A DNA stretch of 64,000 bases, taken from positions 558,868,001 to 558,932,000 of the forward strand of contig CM097882.1 of the NCBI GenBank assembly GCA_044892505.1, in the 5' to 3' direction. The position numbers and the translations under genes are program-made. Source of the DNA: Schmidtea nova. Taxonomy: Eukaryota. The notes under the pieces are model-generated. The model searched no databases, was not told where the DNA came from, and was given only the letters and a program-made list of their open reading frames with translations. Below, in pieces: positions 62,219 to 64,000 of this stretch; position 1 is the first letter of the stretch, and each line of letters opens with the position of its first letter.

Positions 62219-63544
62219 CAGAACCGGATTAAACTTTTGTAGGCCTGTTTTAGAACTATAGTGTAGGCCCCTTAGATGCTTGCAGAAACATATAATTGTA
62301 AACGGGTATAGTTGTTGATTGCCTTTTACATTGTTGTTTTTACTTATTGCGTAATAAGTTTACATATATAAAGTACTAATATGTTTACGAAATATAATTA
62401 CATTTTTAATGCCAAAGAATGTTATAATATAATATAATATAATTTTTATAATGTTATAATGCTATAATATAATATAATATAATTACAGGTCCTATGTTGT
62501 GCATAATGTTAAAAGTCTCGACGACGCGACTTAATTGCTGAGAAAGAGTCAATGATATCGTGAAAGTCAAGGCTTTGGACTGCTTAATCTTTCTTGAGCC
62601 AGGGTTGATCTTACAGCATTTTTAATGCGTTTTAAATGACTGAAGGAGCGTTCGCCGCTGCAGTTAGAAACCGGCAAAGTTAGATAAATGCGCAAAGCAA
62701 CATACACATTTGCAAATCCTGTCTGAAGATTCAATTCATTCAAAAGTTTCAACATTTCAAGTGGTGTTTTCTTTGTCGGTAATGATCGCATTTCTTTTAG
62801 AAAAGTTATCCACTGAATCCACTCATCACAGAGTTCATCAGTGACATCATCAGAGTAGAATTCCACAAACAATTTCAAAGATTCCATTCTTGCAGTGCTG
62901 TTTTCATCATCCGCATATAAAAAATAACAACGATCGTCGATTGCTTTATATGCTGCAATTCTACGGTTAAAATCGGTAACAAGTGAATCAATTATAACAT
63001 AATAGGTATCAACTTTGAACTTCTCTTCACCCGTTAAAACAACAGCTGATTCATTGCTATCGTCCGCTCTGCGTTTTGGTTGACGTGCGCGTTTTGTTTC
63101 GAATTTCTTTTCAGAGCACAATTCTGCAGCGCTATCTCGATAAAATTCAAACTTATTCCTCTGAGATGCTAGAAATTCCGACAATGACTTCAGTAGTCCT
63201 ACTGCAGTGCACAGATCCATTTTTTCTGATTGCAACAGCTGGCTTATATCATTTATGCGTTCCAGAATGGTATTCCAAAAACACACCAAGAACACAGTTT
63301 CCAACTTATCCATGACATTCGCTAAATTTGTTGCTTCTGATCTCGCTTCTTTCTTTTGCAAACTGTTGCTGCCAATTTCTCGCAAAACAGATTGGTAGGT
63401 TTTATAGTGCTGATACATACTTTGTAGTGAAACAGCATGAGCAGACCACCGCGTGTCACTCAACCGTTTTGGAAGTAGTGCAGACTTTGACTTATCCGTG
63501 CGATGGTGAAGAATAGCACCTTTGTATAATCTTGGTTCGAACAA
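62219..63544 (-). mobile_element. 5'-truncated hAT transposon (ZMYM1-like transposase C-terminal half plus 3' TIR)
   Basis: ORF 62567-63544 contains LSDTRWSAH and the hATC dimerisation motif LTLPVSNCSGERSFSHLKRIKN. Terminal CAGAACCGGATTAAAC at 62219. Confidence 0.9.
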
Positions 63545-64000
63545 TCACTGACCACTGAGGGATACAACAATTGGTAATTTAACTGGTTGCTTTCTTGGTT
63601 TGACTTGGATTTACGCTGAACTTCACTCAATTATTAACTTCATCAGCTCCTGTTGCTTATCTCTTTGTTTCTCTGTCTCTTCTTTAAGTTTCTTTTTTAA
63701 ATTTTGGTCCGGGCTTCTTTACAATTTTCTTCACTTCTAATTCAACTAGTTCTTCTCCTGCTTTCTGTCTCTCACAACTTCTATTCACAATATTCTGTTT
63801 CACAACTTCTCTCCTTCCATTTTTATAGCTCATCAAATTTTATGGCACTTGAGATAATTTTGCCTTTTTCCATTTTGATTCCCGGACATGTCGTGTTTTT
63901 CTCCCAATTCCCGTTTTATCTATGACAGCTGTCTTATTCATTTTGATTTAATTTTTTGGTCGAAATTTTAAATTCCTCACGTTTTGTATATGCGACGAGT

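Noticed and set aside
63560-63930. Purine-rich minus-strand stretch resembling a gag or coiled-coil N-terminus
   Set aside because: Multiple stops and no diagnostic motif.

Overview
AT-rich animal genomic DNA with nine N-gaps. It is probably from a planarian (Tricladida); this is inferred from the 45-60 nt introns, the mariner load and a Burro-like giant retroelement. One host gene can be fully reconstructed: PICK1 (minus strand, 9 exons, 26711-39564, 452 aa, PDZ + AH/BAR). A decayed PIG-Q/GPI1-like gene may lie at about 20.4-24 kb. Most of the rest is mobile DNA. (1) An ORF missing from the ORF track runs open from 2881 off the left edge (at least 960 codons: coiled coil, retropepsin DTG protease, ankyrin repeats, acidic linker, signal-peptide-like segment), with an intact IAP-type RING ORF 2 kb upstream. 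This looks like the 5' end of a giant Burro-like LTR element. (2) An unclassified modular repeat family has 4 multi-kb copies plus fragments, a sharp TGTTGGGC terminus, a TATA-hairpin module and decayed, partly spliced cargo ORFs. (3) A Ginger2/KRBA2-like TIR transposon inserted into a copy of that family and now contains another copy plus a Polinton-type pPolB remnant, an intact orphan ORF and AP-1/CRE site arrays. (4) A Gypsy element has a fold-back LTR and an 88-bp flank duplication. Also present: a second decayed Gypsy pol, two mariners, Tigger and hAT remnants, piggyBac-type and other MITEs, a 7SL-like fragment and several minisatellites.
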